This document shows, piece by piece, positions 1-8,747 of a DNA stretch of 64,000 nt (positions within the stretch are counted from its first letter, which is position 1; every line of letters starts with the position of its first letter). The notes beneath the pieces were generated by a model, which saw only the letters and a program-made list of their open reading frames with translations, searched no databases and had not been told where the DNA came from. Made by a program: the position numbers and the translations under genes. The stretch is from Acidimicrobiales bacterium (GTDB taxonomy: Bacteria; Actinomycetota; Acidimicrobiia; Acidimicrobiales; RAAP-2): the NCBI GenBank assembly GCA_035551535.1, contig DASZNG010000162.1, positions 3,693-67,692 on the forward strand, given 5' to 3'.

Positions 1-1928
1 GCCAGCTCACTGGTGGGAACCAGCGCGCTGATCAGCTGGGTCTCGCTGTCGGTCGGCTGGTTGTCGATCACCCGGCCCCGCCGGGTGTTGAGGTCGGCCA
101 GGACGCCGCCCTGGTAGCGGATGGGGACGGAGACGTCGATCCGGGAGATAGGCTCGAGCAGGACGGGCCCGGCGCTGGCCACCGCGGCCGACACGGCCAG
201 CGCCCCGGCGAACTCGAAGCTCATCTCGTTGGAGTCCACCGCATGGAACTTGCCCCCGTCGCAGGTGACCTTCACGTCGACCACCGGGAACCCGAAGACC
301 CCGCCGCGCCGGAGTTGACGACGGATACCTTTTTCCACCGCGGGGATGAACTGGCGGGGAATGGCGCCGCCCACCACCGCGTCGACGAACTCGAACCCCG
401 CCCCCCGGGCCAGGGGCTCGACCCGGAGGTGGGCCACCGCGAACTGCCCGTGACCGCCGGACTGCTTCTTGTGCTTGCCCTCGGCCTCGGCCCCCCGGGT
501 GATCGTCTCCCGGTACGGGACCAGGACGTCCTCCCGGTCGACCTCCACCCCGAACCTCCGTTGCAACCGCTCACAGGTGACCAGGAGGTGGGTCTCCCCC
601 ATGCCGGCGAGCACCGTCTGGTGGGTCTCCTCGTCCTGGTGGACCTCGAGGGCGGCATCCTCCTCGGCCAGCCGGTGGAGTCCGGTCATGAGCCGGTCCT
701 CATCCCCGGTCGCTCTCGGGCGCACCGCGATGGAGAGCATGGCCGGCGGGCGGGGCGGGACATCCACCACCACCGGTGTCGACTTCGGCGCCAGGGTGTC
801 GCCCACCTGCAGCGACGCCAGCTTCGGCACCGCCACGATGTCACCGGCCTGGGCCTCGGCCACCGGAATGACCTCCTTGCCCCTGAGCATCTCCAGCCCG
901 TGGAGGCGCTCGTCGGAATGGGTCCGGGTGTTGGTGAGCACCATGTCGGTGCGGAGGGTGCCGGACAGGACATGGAGGAGGGAGATCTTCCCCACGAAGG
1001 GATCCACGATCGTCTTGCACACCCGGGCCAGGGGCTCGGCTTTCGGGTCGGAGGGGATGTCGATCTTCTGATCTCCGGCGTAGGCCACCGTCGATCGGGC
1101 GATCGGTATCTCACAGATGAGCCCGGCCAGGCGATCGAGGGCGATGCCGGCGGTGGCCGAGCCGCAGATGACCGGGAACACCGACCGGTTGGCCACCCCT
1201 TTGACCAGGGTTGCCTCCAACTCCTCGATGGAAGGGGTGGCCCCGTCGAGGTAGCCCGACATGAGGTCGTCGTCGGCCACGATGATCTCTTCCACCAGAT
1301 GGTCGTGGTCGCGGTGCTCCCGGGGGGCCAGGTCCTCGGGGATGTCGACCACCTTCGGCTGGCCGTTGAGATAGACGGTGGCCGAGTCGGCCAGGAGGTC
1401 GATGATGCCCTCGAGCTCGGACGCCGCGCCGATCGGCAATTCGAGCGGGGCGACCCCCGACCCGAACGCGTCACGGAGTTCTTCCACCGTCCGCTCGAAG
1501 TCGGATCGCTCGCGGTCCAGTTTGTTGACGTAGACGATGCAGGGCAGCCCCGCCTGTTCGGCGAGCCTCCACACCGTCCGGGTGTGCACCTGCACCCCTT
1601 CGACGGCGCTCACCACCACCACCGCCAGGTCGGCCACCGAGAGGGCCATCTCGACCTCGGCCACGAAGTCGGCGATGCCGGGAGTGTCGAGGATGTTGAC
1701 CTTGAAGTCACCGAAGACAAAAGGGGCGACGGCCGTCGAAACGGAGCTCTTGTGTTTCCACTCCTCCGGCTCGAAGTCACAGACGGTGTTGCCGTCTTCC
1801 ACTCGCCCTTGTCGGGCGATCGCGCCGTTGGCGAACAGCAGCGCTTCGGCCAGCGTCGTCTTGCCTGCACCGTCGTGACCGAAGAGGGCCACGTTGCGGA
1901 TTCGGGAGGATGGGACAGCGACTTCCAT
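1..1928 (-). CDS. Elongation factor G-like translational GTPase (EF-G2-type paralogue); 3' end runs off the window
   Basis: Absent from the ORF track because no stop lies inside the window. Hand translation of the minus strand from the ATG (complement of 1926-1928) gives MEVAVPSSRIRNVALFGHDGAGKTTLAEALL...ILDTPGIADF...VYVNKLDRER. These are the G1 (GHxxxGKT), G3 (DTPG) and G4 (NKxD) motifs in EF-G order. The + strand ORF 243..1952 is its antisense shadow. Confidence 0.85.
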   Translation of the reverse strand, partial: MEVAVPSSRIRNVALFGHDGAGKTTLAEALLFANGAIARQGRVEDGNTVCDFEPEEWKHKSSVSTAVAPFVFGDFKVNILDTPGIADFVAEVEMALSVADLAVVVVSAVEGVQVHTRTVWRLAEQAGLPCIVYVNKLDRERSDFERTVEELRDAFGSGVAPLELPIGAASELEGIIDLLADSATVYLNGQPKVVDIPEDLAPREHRDHDHLVEEIIVADDDLMSGYLDGATPSIEELEATLVKGVANRSVFPVICGSATAGIALDRLAGLICEIPIARSTVAYAGDQKIDIPSDPKAEPLARVCKTIVDPFVGKISLLHVLSGTLRTDMVLTNTRTHSDERLHGLEMLRGKEVIPVAEAQAGDIVAVPKLASLQVGDTLAPKSTPVVVDVPPRPPAMLSIAVRPRATGDEDRLMTGLHRLAEEDAALEVHQDEETHQTVLAGMGETHLLVTCERLQRRFGVEVDREDVLVPYRETITRGAEAEGKHKKQSGGHGQFAVAHLRVEPLARGAGFEFVDAVVGGAIPRQFIPAVEKGIRRQLRRGGVFGFPVVDVKVTCDGGKFHAVDSNEMSFEFAGALAVSAAVASAGPVLLEPISRIDVSVPIRYQGGVLADLNTRRGRVIDNQPTDSETQLISALVPTSEL

Positions 1929-2051
1929 GCGCACCTCGTCTCGAGCCGGTGAAGACTGAGATCGAATCTACCGCCGCCTCCCGCGATGTGCATGGGCCGC
2001 GGCGTCGGCGCACATACGGGCCTGGGCCGACACCGAAATTCCGCCCGCCGG

Positions 2052-2079
2052 AATAAAGAGAGGATAATCTGTCTTTATT
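2052..2079. promoter_or_regulatory. AT-rich inverted repeat AATAAAGA-N12-TCTTTATT in the divergent EF-G-like/SDR intergenic region (candidate operator)
   Basis: Perfect 8-bp arms at 2052-2059 and 2072-2079. It lies in the only AT-rich patch of this intergenic region, about 45 nt upstream of the SDR start. Confidence 0.3.
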
Positions 2080-2123
2080 AAGACAACGAAGCATCTTCAG
2101 CCGAGCACCAGGGAGGGCAGGCC

Positions 2124-2846
2124 ATGTCCGTGGCAATTGTGACCGGAGCGTCGAGAGGGCTCGGCGCCGCGTTGGCGGCGGCGTTGGCCACCGACAGGTG
2201 GTCGGTCGTCATCGACGCCCGGGGCGAGGCTGCCCTGATCGCCTCCCGGGATGAGGCCGTGTCCGGTGGTGCCCCGGGGGCCGTCGTGGTCGCGGTGGCC
2301 GGGGATATCACCGACCCGGGCCACCGGCGGGCGCTGGTGGACACCGCCGAACGCCTCGGAGGGCTCGACCTCCTGGTCAACAACGCCAGCCGGCTGGGCC
2401 CGTCCCCCCAACCCAACCTCACCGACTACCCGGCCGACCAGCTTCAGGCCGTCTTCGAGGCCAACGTGCTGGCTCCGGCCGCGCTCACCCGGGAGGCCGC
2501 CGGTCTCCTCCGCGACTCGCCGAATCCCCGGGTGGTGAACGTGACCTCCGACGCGTCGGTGGAGGCGTACGACGGTTGGGGTGGCTATGGAGCCTCCAAG
2601 GCCGCCCTTGATCATCTCAGTGCGGTGCTGGCGGTGGAAGAGCCCGGTCTCCGGGTGTGGGCGATCGACCCCGGGGACATGAGGACCCAGATGCAGCAGG
2701 AAGCCTTCCCCGGTGAGGACATCTCGGATCGACCGCCGCCGGAGTCGGTGATCCCGAATTTGATGTCGCTGCTGCACAGCGACCGTCCGAGCGGCCGGTA
2801 CCGCCTGGCGGAGATCGCCCTGACCGGGTCCGAGGCGACCCGGTGA
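2124..2846 (+). CDS. Short-chain dehydrogenase/reductase (SDR) family oxidoreductase
   Basis: 240-aa ORF. N-terminal VTGASRGLG dinucleotide-binding motif, NNAS, and YGASKAAL (YxxxK catalytic motif). The stop overlaps the next gene's start (GTGA). Confidence 0.85.
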   Translation: MSVAIVTGASRGLGAALAAALATDRWSVVIDARGEAALIASRDEAVSGGAPGAVVVAVAGDITDPGHRRALVDTAERLGGLDLLVNNASRLGPSPQPNLTDYPADQLQAVFEANVLAPAALTREAAGLLRDSPNPRVVNVTSDASVEAYDGWGGYGASKAALDHLSAVLAVEEPGLRVWAIDPGDMRTQMQQEAFPGEDISDRPPPESVIPNLMSLLHSDRPSGRYRLAEIALTGSEATR

Positions 2847-3922
2847 GTGCGGTGAGCCCGGTGAGCCCGCTCGTCGGTGCCCGCACCCTGAGCGGGCTGC
2901 CGGTGTTCGATCTCCCCAACCAGCTCGAGGCCTCGTCGCCCCCCGAGGCCCGCGGGCTCACCCGCGACGCGGTCCGGATGCTGGTGGCCAATCGTCACGA
3001 CGGCAGCCTGATCAATACCCACTTCTCCGAGCTCCCCCGGTTCCTCCACGACGGCGACCTGGTGGTCATCAACACCTCCGGCACCCTGGCCGCCGAGCTG
3101 GTGGGCCGGGACAGCCGCGGCCGGGAGACCGAGGTCCGGCTCTCCACCCAGCTGCCGGCCGGACTCTGGACGGTGGAGCTCCGGCGGTCGGGGCAGCCGT
3201 ATTTCGACGCCCCCGCCGGGCTCCGGCTCGATCTCCCCGAGGGCGGGACCGTCACCCTCCTCTCCGCCTACGCCGAGCATCCCGACGGGGTCCGGTTGTG
3301 GGTGGCGTCGGTGGAGATTCCCGGCCGGCTCCATAGCTACCTGTCCACTCACGGTCGGCCGATCCGGTACGGGTACATCCAGGGCGAGTGGCCGATCGCC
3401 GCCTACCAGAACGTCTACGTCACCGAACCGGGATCGGCCGAGATGCCCAGCGCCGGGCGGCCGTTCACTCCCGAGGTGGTGACCCGGCTGGTGGCCGCCG
3501 GGGTCGGGATCACCCCGATCGTCCTCCATACCGGGGTGGCCTCGCTCGAGGCCTCCGAACCCCCTTACCCGGAGTACTTCCGGGTGTCGCCGGTGACCGC
3601 CGATCGGATCAACCACACCCACCGGCACGGTGGGTTGGTGATCGCGGTGGGCACCACGGTGGTCCGGGCCCTCGAGTCAGTAGTGGACGAGCAGGGGGTG
3701 GTCCACCCGAGCACCGGATGGACCGATACCGTCATCACCGCCGACCGCCCGGTGCGGGCGCTCGACGGGCTGCTGACCGGCTGGCACGAGCCCGAAGCTT
3801 CCCACCTGGCCATGTTGGAGGCGGTGGCCGGCCGGAAGCTGCTCGAGGCCTCCTACGCCGAGGCACTCGAGCGGGGGTATCTGTGGCACGAGTTCGGCGA
3901 CGTCCATCTGGTGCTGCCATGA
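2843..3922 (+). CDS. queA: S-adenosylmethionine:tRNA ribosyltransferase-isomerase (QueA) family protein
   Basis: 359 aa. Family-typical blocks: FDLPNQLEASSP..RD.VRMLV, GDLVVINTSGT, IVLHTGVASLE, GTTVVRALES, LLTGWHEPEASHLAMLEAVAG, YLWHEFGDVHLVL. Translationally coupled to both neighbours. Confidence 0.75.
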   Translation: MSAVSPVSPLVGARTLSGLPVFDLPNQLEASSPPEARGLTRDAVRMLVANRHDGSLINTHFSELPRFLHDGDLVVINTSGTLAAELVGRDSRGRETEVRLSTQLPAGLWTVELRRSGQPYFDAPAGLRLDLPEGGTVTLLSAYAEHPDGVRLWVASVEIPGRLHSYLSTHGRPIRYGYIQGEWPIAAYQNVYVTEPGSAEMPSAGRPFTPEVVTRLVAAGVGITPIVLHTGVASLEASEPPYPEYFRVSPVTADRINHTHRHGGLVIAVGTTVVRALESVVDEQGVVHPSTGWTDTVITADRPVRALDGLLTGWHEPEASHLAMLEAVAGRKLLEASYAEALERGYLWHEFGDVHLVLP

Positions 3923-4581
3923 GCCGGGCGCCGTCCGCCGAGCAACTTCCCCTGGACACCATGCCGTCGACCCGTCGGGCCATCCTGGCCTCGCTCAAAC
4001 GCCACGGCGCCCTCCGATCCCGGGACCTGGTCGATGAGCTGGGCATCACCGTCACCGCCGTGCGCCAACAGCTCGATCGTCTCCAGCAGGACGGCCTCGT
4101 CCTCCACCGTCGGGAGCCGGCGGGCCGGGGACGTCCGGCGCACGTCTACGAGCTGGCTCCGGCGGCCGAGGAGTTCTTCCCCAAGCGGTACGGCGACCTC
4201 ACCAATGAGCTGCTCGGCTTCCTGGGCGGCCCGGACAGCGACGATGTCGCCGAGCTCTTCGAGCGGCGCCGGCAGCGGCGCCTGCACGACGCCCATACCC
4301 GGTTGGCGGGTTTGAGTCTGGAGGGCAAGGTCCGGGAGTTGACCCGCATCCTCGACGAGGACGGGTATCTGGCCGACGTGGAGGAGACCGACGGCGGCGG
4401 TTGGCGGATCGTCGAGCACAACTGCGCGATCCTGTCGGTCGCCTCCGGGTTCCGCCAGGCCTGTACCAGCGAGATCCGGTTCATCAGCGACGCCCTCCCC
4501 GAAGCCAACGTGGCCCGGGTGGCCCACATCCTCAGCGGGGCCCACGTCTGCGCCTACGAGATCCGGCCGCGCCCGTCCTGA
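3919..4581 (+). CDS. Winged-helix (ArsR/SufR-like) transcriptional regulator with C-terminal Cys motif
   Basis: In-frame ATG at 3919 overlaps the queA-like stop (ATGA). The N-terminal wHTH reads RRAILASLKRHGALRSRDLVDELGITVTAVRQQLDRLQQDGLV. The C-terminal half has C-x12-C-x28-C (EHNCAILSVASGFRQAC...HVCAYE), reminiscent of Fe-S sensing SufR-type regulators. The ORF-track upstream extension (from 3388) overlaps queA out of frame and is rejected. Confidence 0.7.
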   Translation: MSRAPSAEQLPLDTMPSTRRAILASLKRHGALRSRDLVDELGITVTAVRQQLDRLQQDGLVLHRREPAGRGRPAHVYELAPAAEEFFPKRYGDLTNELLGFLGGPDSDDVAELFERRRQRRLHDAHTRLAGLSLEGKVRELTRILDEDGYLADVEETDGGGWRIVEHNCAILSVASGFRQACTSEIRFISDALPEANVARVAHILSGAHVCAYEIRPRPS

Positions 4582-4607
4582 CCCCGCGGCGAGGGCATGC
4601 CGAGGAC

Positions 4608-5651
4608 TCAGGGACGGAGCGGAACCCGGTGCCGGAGCCGGTGCATCACCCGTCGCTTGAGCATGAGCGCCCGCGTCTCCAGACCGCTCAGCTCGGGCCC
4701 CGGGGATCCGCTGACCGCGCCGTTGGCCACCGCGCCGTTGGCCACCGCGCCGTTGGCGACCGGCGCTCGGGATCCAGGAAGCGGCGACGCCGCGATCACC
4801 TCCCGGGCCGCGAGAATCGAGGCATACTGCCGGGCGCGTATCTGGCTCCGCTCCTGGTCGACATCGATCTTGCGCAAGCTCACGTGGAACTCGAAGGTAT
4901 TCACCCGGGTGTCGAAGAAGGCCCCGATCTCGAAGTTCACCAGATCCAGTTTCACCAGCTTCTCGAAGATGTCCAGGAACGAAGTCGGGGTGAACACCAG
5001 GCAGTGGATGTCGACGAAGGAGGGCGTCTGCTGTTGTTGGCGGCAGATCCCGAAGGCGGCGATGTCACTGTCGGGGACATCGTCCCGTACCACCCCTGAG
5101 TAGTCGGCGGTGCCCGCCCAGATGGCAGGGGTGTCCACCATCCCGTCGATGGTCACGGTATGGGCAAAGAAATCGAACAGCTGGGCGTAGGTGGGGGCCT
5201 TGATGTTGCGCAGATGGGCATCGAGCACCTCGCCGAACTCGGTGACCCGACGATTGACGTCAAAGGTGAAGCGCTTGTCCGGTACCACCAGCGACAGGAT
5301 GCCGCCGGTGGCCAACACCGATTCCACCTGGGACAGCCAATCGACCATGAACGGGATGTGCTCGAAGACGTGGGCGGCAATCACGTAGTCGAACCGATTG
5401 CCGGCTCCGACCGCCTCGCCCAGTGACTGGTCTTGGTGCTGCACGATATCCACGTCGACCAGCGCGTCGATCTGGTCGGCGAGCTGTCCGTTGGTGGCGT
5501 ATTTCCGCTCGAGCTCCTCGGTGCTGGCATGATCGAGATAGGTGATGCTGCCCCGATCCTTGCCCACCTTCGGGTTGGCCAAGGGTCCGATCTCGAGGCC
5601 CCGCATCGACGCGAAATCGATCAAGGCGAACTCAGGTGGGCCCTCCGGCAT
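4608..5651 (-). CDS. Class I SAM-dependent methyltransferase with extra C-terminal domain (paralogue of 18417..19406)
   Basis: Conserved blocks GLEIGPLANPKVGKD, YLDH, FDYVIAAHVFEHIP, GGILSLVVPDKRF, VDIHCLVFTPTSFLDIFEKL. Start set at MPEGPPEF (ATG 5651); the 49 codons further upstream look non-coding. Carries the in-frame ANGAV repeat near the C-terminus. Confidence 0.8.
   Translation of the reverse strand: MPEGPPEFALIDFASMRGLEIGPLANPKVGKDRGSITYLDHASTEELERKYATNGQLADQIDALVDVDIVQHQDQSLGEAVGAGNRFDYVIAAHVFEHIPFMVDWLSQVESVLATGGILSLVVPDKRFTFDVNRRVTEFGEVLDAHLRNIKAPTYAQLFDFFAHTVTIDGMVDTPAIWAGTADYSGVVRDDVPDSDIAAFGICRQQQQTPSFVDIHCLVFTPTSFLDIFEKLVKLDLVNFEIGAFFDTRVNTFEFHVSLRKIDVDQERSQIRARQYASILAAREVIAASPLPGSRAPVANGAVANGAVANGAVSGSPGPELSGLETRALMLKRRVMHRLRHRVPLRP
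4714..4758. repeat. 15-bp tandem repeat x3 (ACCGCGCCGTTGGCC/G), in-frame inside the methyltransferase gene
   Basis: Direct reading: accgcgccgttggcc | accgcgccgttggcc | accgcgccgttggcg. On the minus strand it encodes (ANGAV)x3. Confidence 0.9.
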
Positions 5652-6140
5652 GCATCCACCGTAGTGAACCGGCGGTATCGACGCGGGCGGCTCCGAACCG
5701 GACCAGCCCGATCCACCCGGCCGTCGAGGTGATCCGAAACCCTGCTGGTGGCCACGATCGGGGAAGGAGCTCGGGGCCCGCATCCCCGGGCTCCCCACGG
5801 CCGAAGCGGTCGGGTCAACGGTGCTCGAGGAGTACCCTAGTAATTACCTTCAATCGCGAGGGTTTGGTGGGAAGCGGCCGCTGGTGGGTCCTGGAGGTGA
5901 CGACCTCGTGTCGAGTCTCTCGTTTTCGATCGAAGATGCCACTCCCCGACCGGGACGGTGTGTCGCCCGCCCGATCGGCAACCACCCCACGGTCCTGGAC
6001 GGAGGAGGCCCCATGATCAGAGAAGCCGACGCCCGGTTGGACCCGGCGTGCTGGCCCTGGCCCGGAACCAACGGTTCACCGAGCGGGGCCACAGTTATCC
6101 CGTCCCGTATTCGGGCGATGCCTAGGTAGGGTTCGATCCG

Positions 6141-7520
6141 GTGGCGCCGTCGAACTCCGAGGCCAGCGGTCAGCCGTGGGCTCGACTGAGCGAGTGGGGT
6201 CATCTGACCGACCCTGGCGACGTCGGCAATCCCTCCGACGCCACCCTCATCGTCGGCATCGAACGAGGCCACCAGGAGGCGTTGGCCGAGGCGCACCACC
6301 GCCACGGCCCGTCGGTCTACCGATTGGCCAGTCGCATGTGCGACGGCGGCGAACCCGGCGATGCCGAGGACGTGACCCACGAGGTCTTCCTGGCGCTGTG
6401 GCGGAGCCCCGAGCGCTACAACCCGGAGGGCGGATCGCTGCGGAGCCACCTGTTGACCCATGCGTATGCCGGGTCCGTCAAACGACTGCGGAGCGGTCCA
6501 CCTCGACCGCTCGGGCCCCACTCCCAACCCGGCGCGGTATCCCGCCGTCGGGACCACCTCCCGGGCGACGAGGCCTGGCGGTTGTTGGCCGAACTTCCCG
6601 AGGCCAAGCGGCAGGCCATCGTCTCTGCCTACTTCGGCGACCACACCTACGCCGAAGTGGCCGAACTGCTCCGGCAACAGGGTGCCACCGTCACGACCCA
6701 TCTCGATGCCTGTATGACCGAGCTCCGGGCCAGGCTGGCCGTGAATGCATTCTTCGATAAAATGGGAGGCGGAGCAGAGGAAATGGCTGACCCCGACACC
6801 ACCACCGTTGATCTGACCGCCACCCTTTCCGAAGTTGCCCGCGCGCTGTTCTCGGCGGGAGGGGTGGAGGAGACGCTGCAGGCCGTCGTCGACCAGGCGG
6901 CGGCGGCCATCGACGGATGCGACTTCGCCGGGATCTTCACGGTGAACGGCGAGGAGGTGGCCACCGCGGTGCATAGCGATCCACTGGTGGTGGAGATCGA
7001 CGGTCTCCAGCAGATGACCGGCGAAGGACCTTGTCTTGACGCCATCGAGCAGCAGACCACCGTCTACGCCGAAGACCTGGCTGACGACGATCGGTGGACG
7101 ACCTTCGGGCCCGAGGCGGCCGCAGCCGGAGTCCGATGCGCGCTGGCCTACCACCTCTACGCCAATGGCACGCTGGGCGCACTCAACCTCTACGCTCGCT
7201 ATCCCCGGGCCTTCGGGGCCACCGACCGGGCCAAGGGGCTGATCTTCGCCACCCTGTCCGGGCTGGCCCTGAGTGGAGCCCACTCCCACGAAGACGAAGA
7301 CCGGCGGGCCGGCAACCTCAACCAGGCCCTGGCCACCCGCGAGATCATCGGCCAGGCCCAGGGCATCCTCATGGAGCGGGAGCGCATCACGGCCGACCAG
7401 GCCTTCGACATCTTGCGCCGGGCGTCCCAGCACCTCAACGTCAAACTCCGGGAGGTGGCCCAGGATCTGGTCGACACCGGCGACCGGCCGCCGACCCGGC
7501 CGTCAAACCGCCCGACCTGA
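6141..7520 (+). CDS. Fusion protein: sigma-70 family (regions 2 and 4, ECF-like) + GAF + ANTAR domains
   Basis: N-terminus: DAEDVTHEVFLALWRSPERYNPEGGSLRSHLLTHA (region 2-like) and LLAELPEAKRQAIVSAYFGDHTYAEVAELL (region 4 HTH-like). Middle: GAF-like (LQAVVDQAAAAIDGCDFAGIF...GEGPCLDAIE...GALNLY). C-terminus: ANTAR signature (ALATREIIGQAQGILMERERITADQAFDILRRASQHLNVKLREVA). GTG start at 6141; the exact start is uncertain. Confidence 0.75.
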   Translation: MAPSNSEASGQPWARLSEWGHLTDPGDVGNPSDATLIVGIERGHQEALAEAHHRHGPSVYRLASRMCDGGEPGDAEDVTHEVFLALWRSPERYNPEGGSLRSHLLTHAYAGSVKRLRSGPPRPLGPHSQPGAVSRRRDHLPGDEAWRLLAELPEAKRQAIVSAYFGDHTYAEVAELLRQQGATVTTHLDACMTELRARLAVNAFFDKMGGGAEEMADPDTTTVDLTATLSEVARALFSAGGVEETLQAVVDQAAAAIDGCDFAGIFTVNGEEVATAVHSDPLVVEIDGLQQMTGEGPCLDAIEQQTTVYAEDLADDDRWTTFGPEAAAAGVRCALAYHLYANGTLGALNLYARYPRAFGATDRAKGLIFATLSGLALSGAHSHEDEDRRAGNLNQALATREIIGQAQGILMERERITADQAFDILRRASQHLNVKLREVAQDLVDTGDRPPTRPSNRPT

Positions 7521-7531
7521 CCCCGGCGCGG

Positions 7532-8728
7532 TCAGCCCACCCGCTGGAGCGGCACCCGCGAGTAGCCGGCCACGTTCGACATGTGGACCCGCCGGCACCC
7601 GGCCTCGTCCACTTCGTATTTCGGCCATCGACGAGCCAACTCGCGGATGGCGATCCGGCTCTCCAGACGGGCAAGGGCGGCACCCAGGCAACTGTGGATG
7701 CCATAGCCGAACCCGAGGGCGAGGCTGGGCGGGCGCTCGATGTCGAAGGCGTCAGGTCGGTCGTAGAAGCGCTCGTCCCGGGTGGCCGATCCGGTCACCA
7801 GGATGGTCGGATGCCCGGCGGGGACGGTGACCCCGCTGTAGACCGACTCGCGCATCGAGAACCGCCCCTGGTACTGGGCGGGGGGCAAGAGGCGCAGGAT
7901 CTCCTCCACCGCGCCCCCGATCTTCCCGGGGTCGTCCAGCACCTTGTTCCACTCGGTGGGGTTGCGAGCGAAGAGCACCACCGCGTTGCCCACCAGTTTG
8001 GTCACCGTCTCCGCCCCGGCACCGCCCAGCAACACCGCGAACCCGGCGATCTCAACGTCGTCCAACCGGGTGACCTCCCCGTCGCCCCGGTCGACCTCCG
8101 CCTCGATCAGACGGCTGATCATGTCGTCCCCGGGATTTTTGCGTTTGTCGGCGACCAGCTCCAGGAAGTAGGAGACGCTGTCCATGGCCGCCCGGGTGCC
8201 CTCCGGGGTCGGGTCCATCTGGCCGGGCTCCCGATGGAGCATCAGGTCGAGCCGGTGGCGGATCTGCTGCCGGTCGGGCTCGGGAACCCCGAGCATGCGG
8301 GAGATGATCTCGACCGGGAACGGGCCGGAGAAATCGGCGACCGCGTCGAAACCGTCGCCGTCGACGGCGTCGAGGAATCCGACGATGACCTCGGTGATCA
8401 TCGGTTCGAGGCCGGTCACCGCCCGGGGGGTGAAGGCCCGGCTCACCAGGGCGCGCAACCGGTCGTGTTCGGGCGGGTCCAGCGTGATGATGCCCGCGAA
8501 CTGCCCTTCCGGGGGCTTGCTCAGGGTGGCGAGGTCGACGCCGTGGCTCGAGGAGAAGGACTGCCACTCCTTGTGGGCCCGGCACACGTCGTCGTAACGA
8601 AACAGCGCCCAGAACCCGTAGCGGTCGTTGAAGGACACCGGGGCTTCGTCCCGCATCCGGCGGTAGAGGTCGTAGGGGTCATCGAAGTACTCGTCCGAGA
8701 ACGGGTCGAACACCGCCAGCTGACTCAT
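7532..8728 (-). CDS. Cytochrome P450
   Basis: 398 aa. ExxR motif (VEEILR) and haem-thiolate loop FGYGIHSCLGAALAR. Confidence 0.9.
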   Translation of the reverse strand: MSQLAVFDPFSDEYFDDPYDLYRRMRDEAPVSFNDRYGFWALFRYDDVCRAHKEWQSFSSSHGVDLATLSKPPEGQFAGIITLDPPEHDRLRALVSRAFTPRAVTGLEPMITEVIVGFLDAVDGDGFDAVADFSGPFPVEIISRMLGVPEPDRQQIRHRLDLMLHREPGQMDPTPEGTRAAMDSVSYFLELVADKRKNPGDDMISRLIEAEVDRGDGEVTRLDDVEIAGFAVLLGGAGAETVTKLVGNAVVLFARNPTEWNKVLDDPGKIGGAVEEILRLLPPAQYQGRFSMRESVYSGVTVPAGHPTILVTGSATRDERFYDRPDAFDIERPPSLALGFGYGIHSCLGAALARLESRIAIRELARRWPKYEVDEAGCRRVHMSNVAGYSRVPLQRVG

Positions 8729-8747
8729 GCGCGGAACCGGACAGGTT

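Noticed and set aside
243-1952. 569-aa + strand ORF, together with similar very long track ORFs: 5850..7433 (-), 7094..8932 (+), 8727..10271 (+), 10609..12057 (+), 12540..15299 (-), 61145..62443 (+), 62272..63513 (-)
   Set aside because: Their products are Arg/Gly/Pro/His-rich with no motifs. Each lies exactly antisense or out of frame to a gene with clear family signatures. This is typical of stop-codon-poor shadow frames in high-GC DNA.
5821-6129. 102-aa + strand ORF (GTG start) in the long intergenic region as a possible small protein
   Set aside because: It has no RBS and a Gly/Pro/Arg-rich composition, with no motif. It may still deserve a ribosome-profiling check, but the sequence alone does not support it.
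6129-6139. GGGTTCGATCC, a tRNA T-loop-like string
   Set aside because: The flanking bases cannot form a T-stem (TAGGG versus CGGTG) or an acceptor stem. No cloverleaf could be drawn on either strand.
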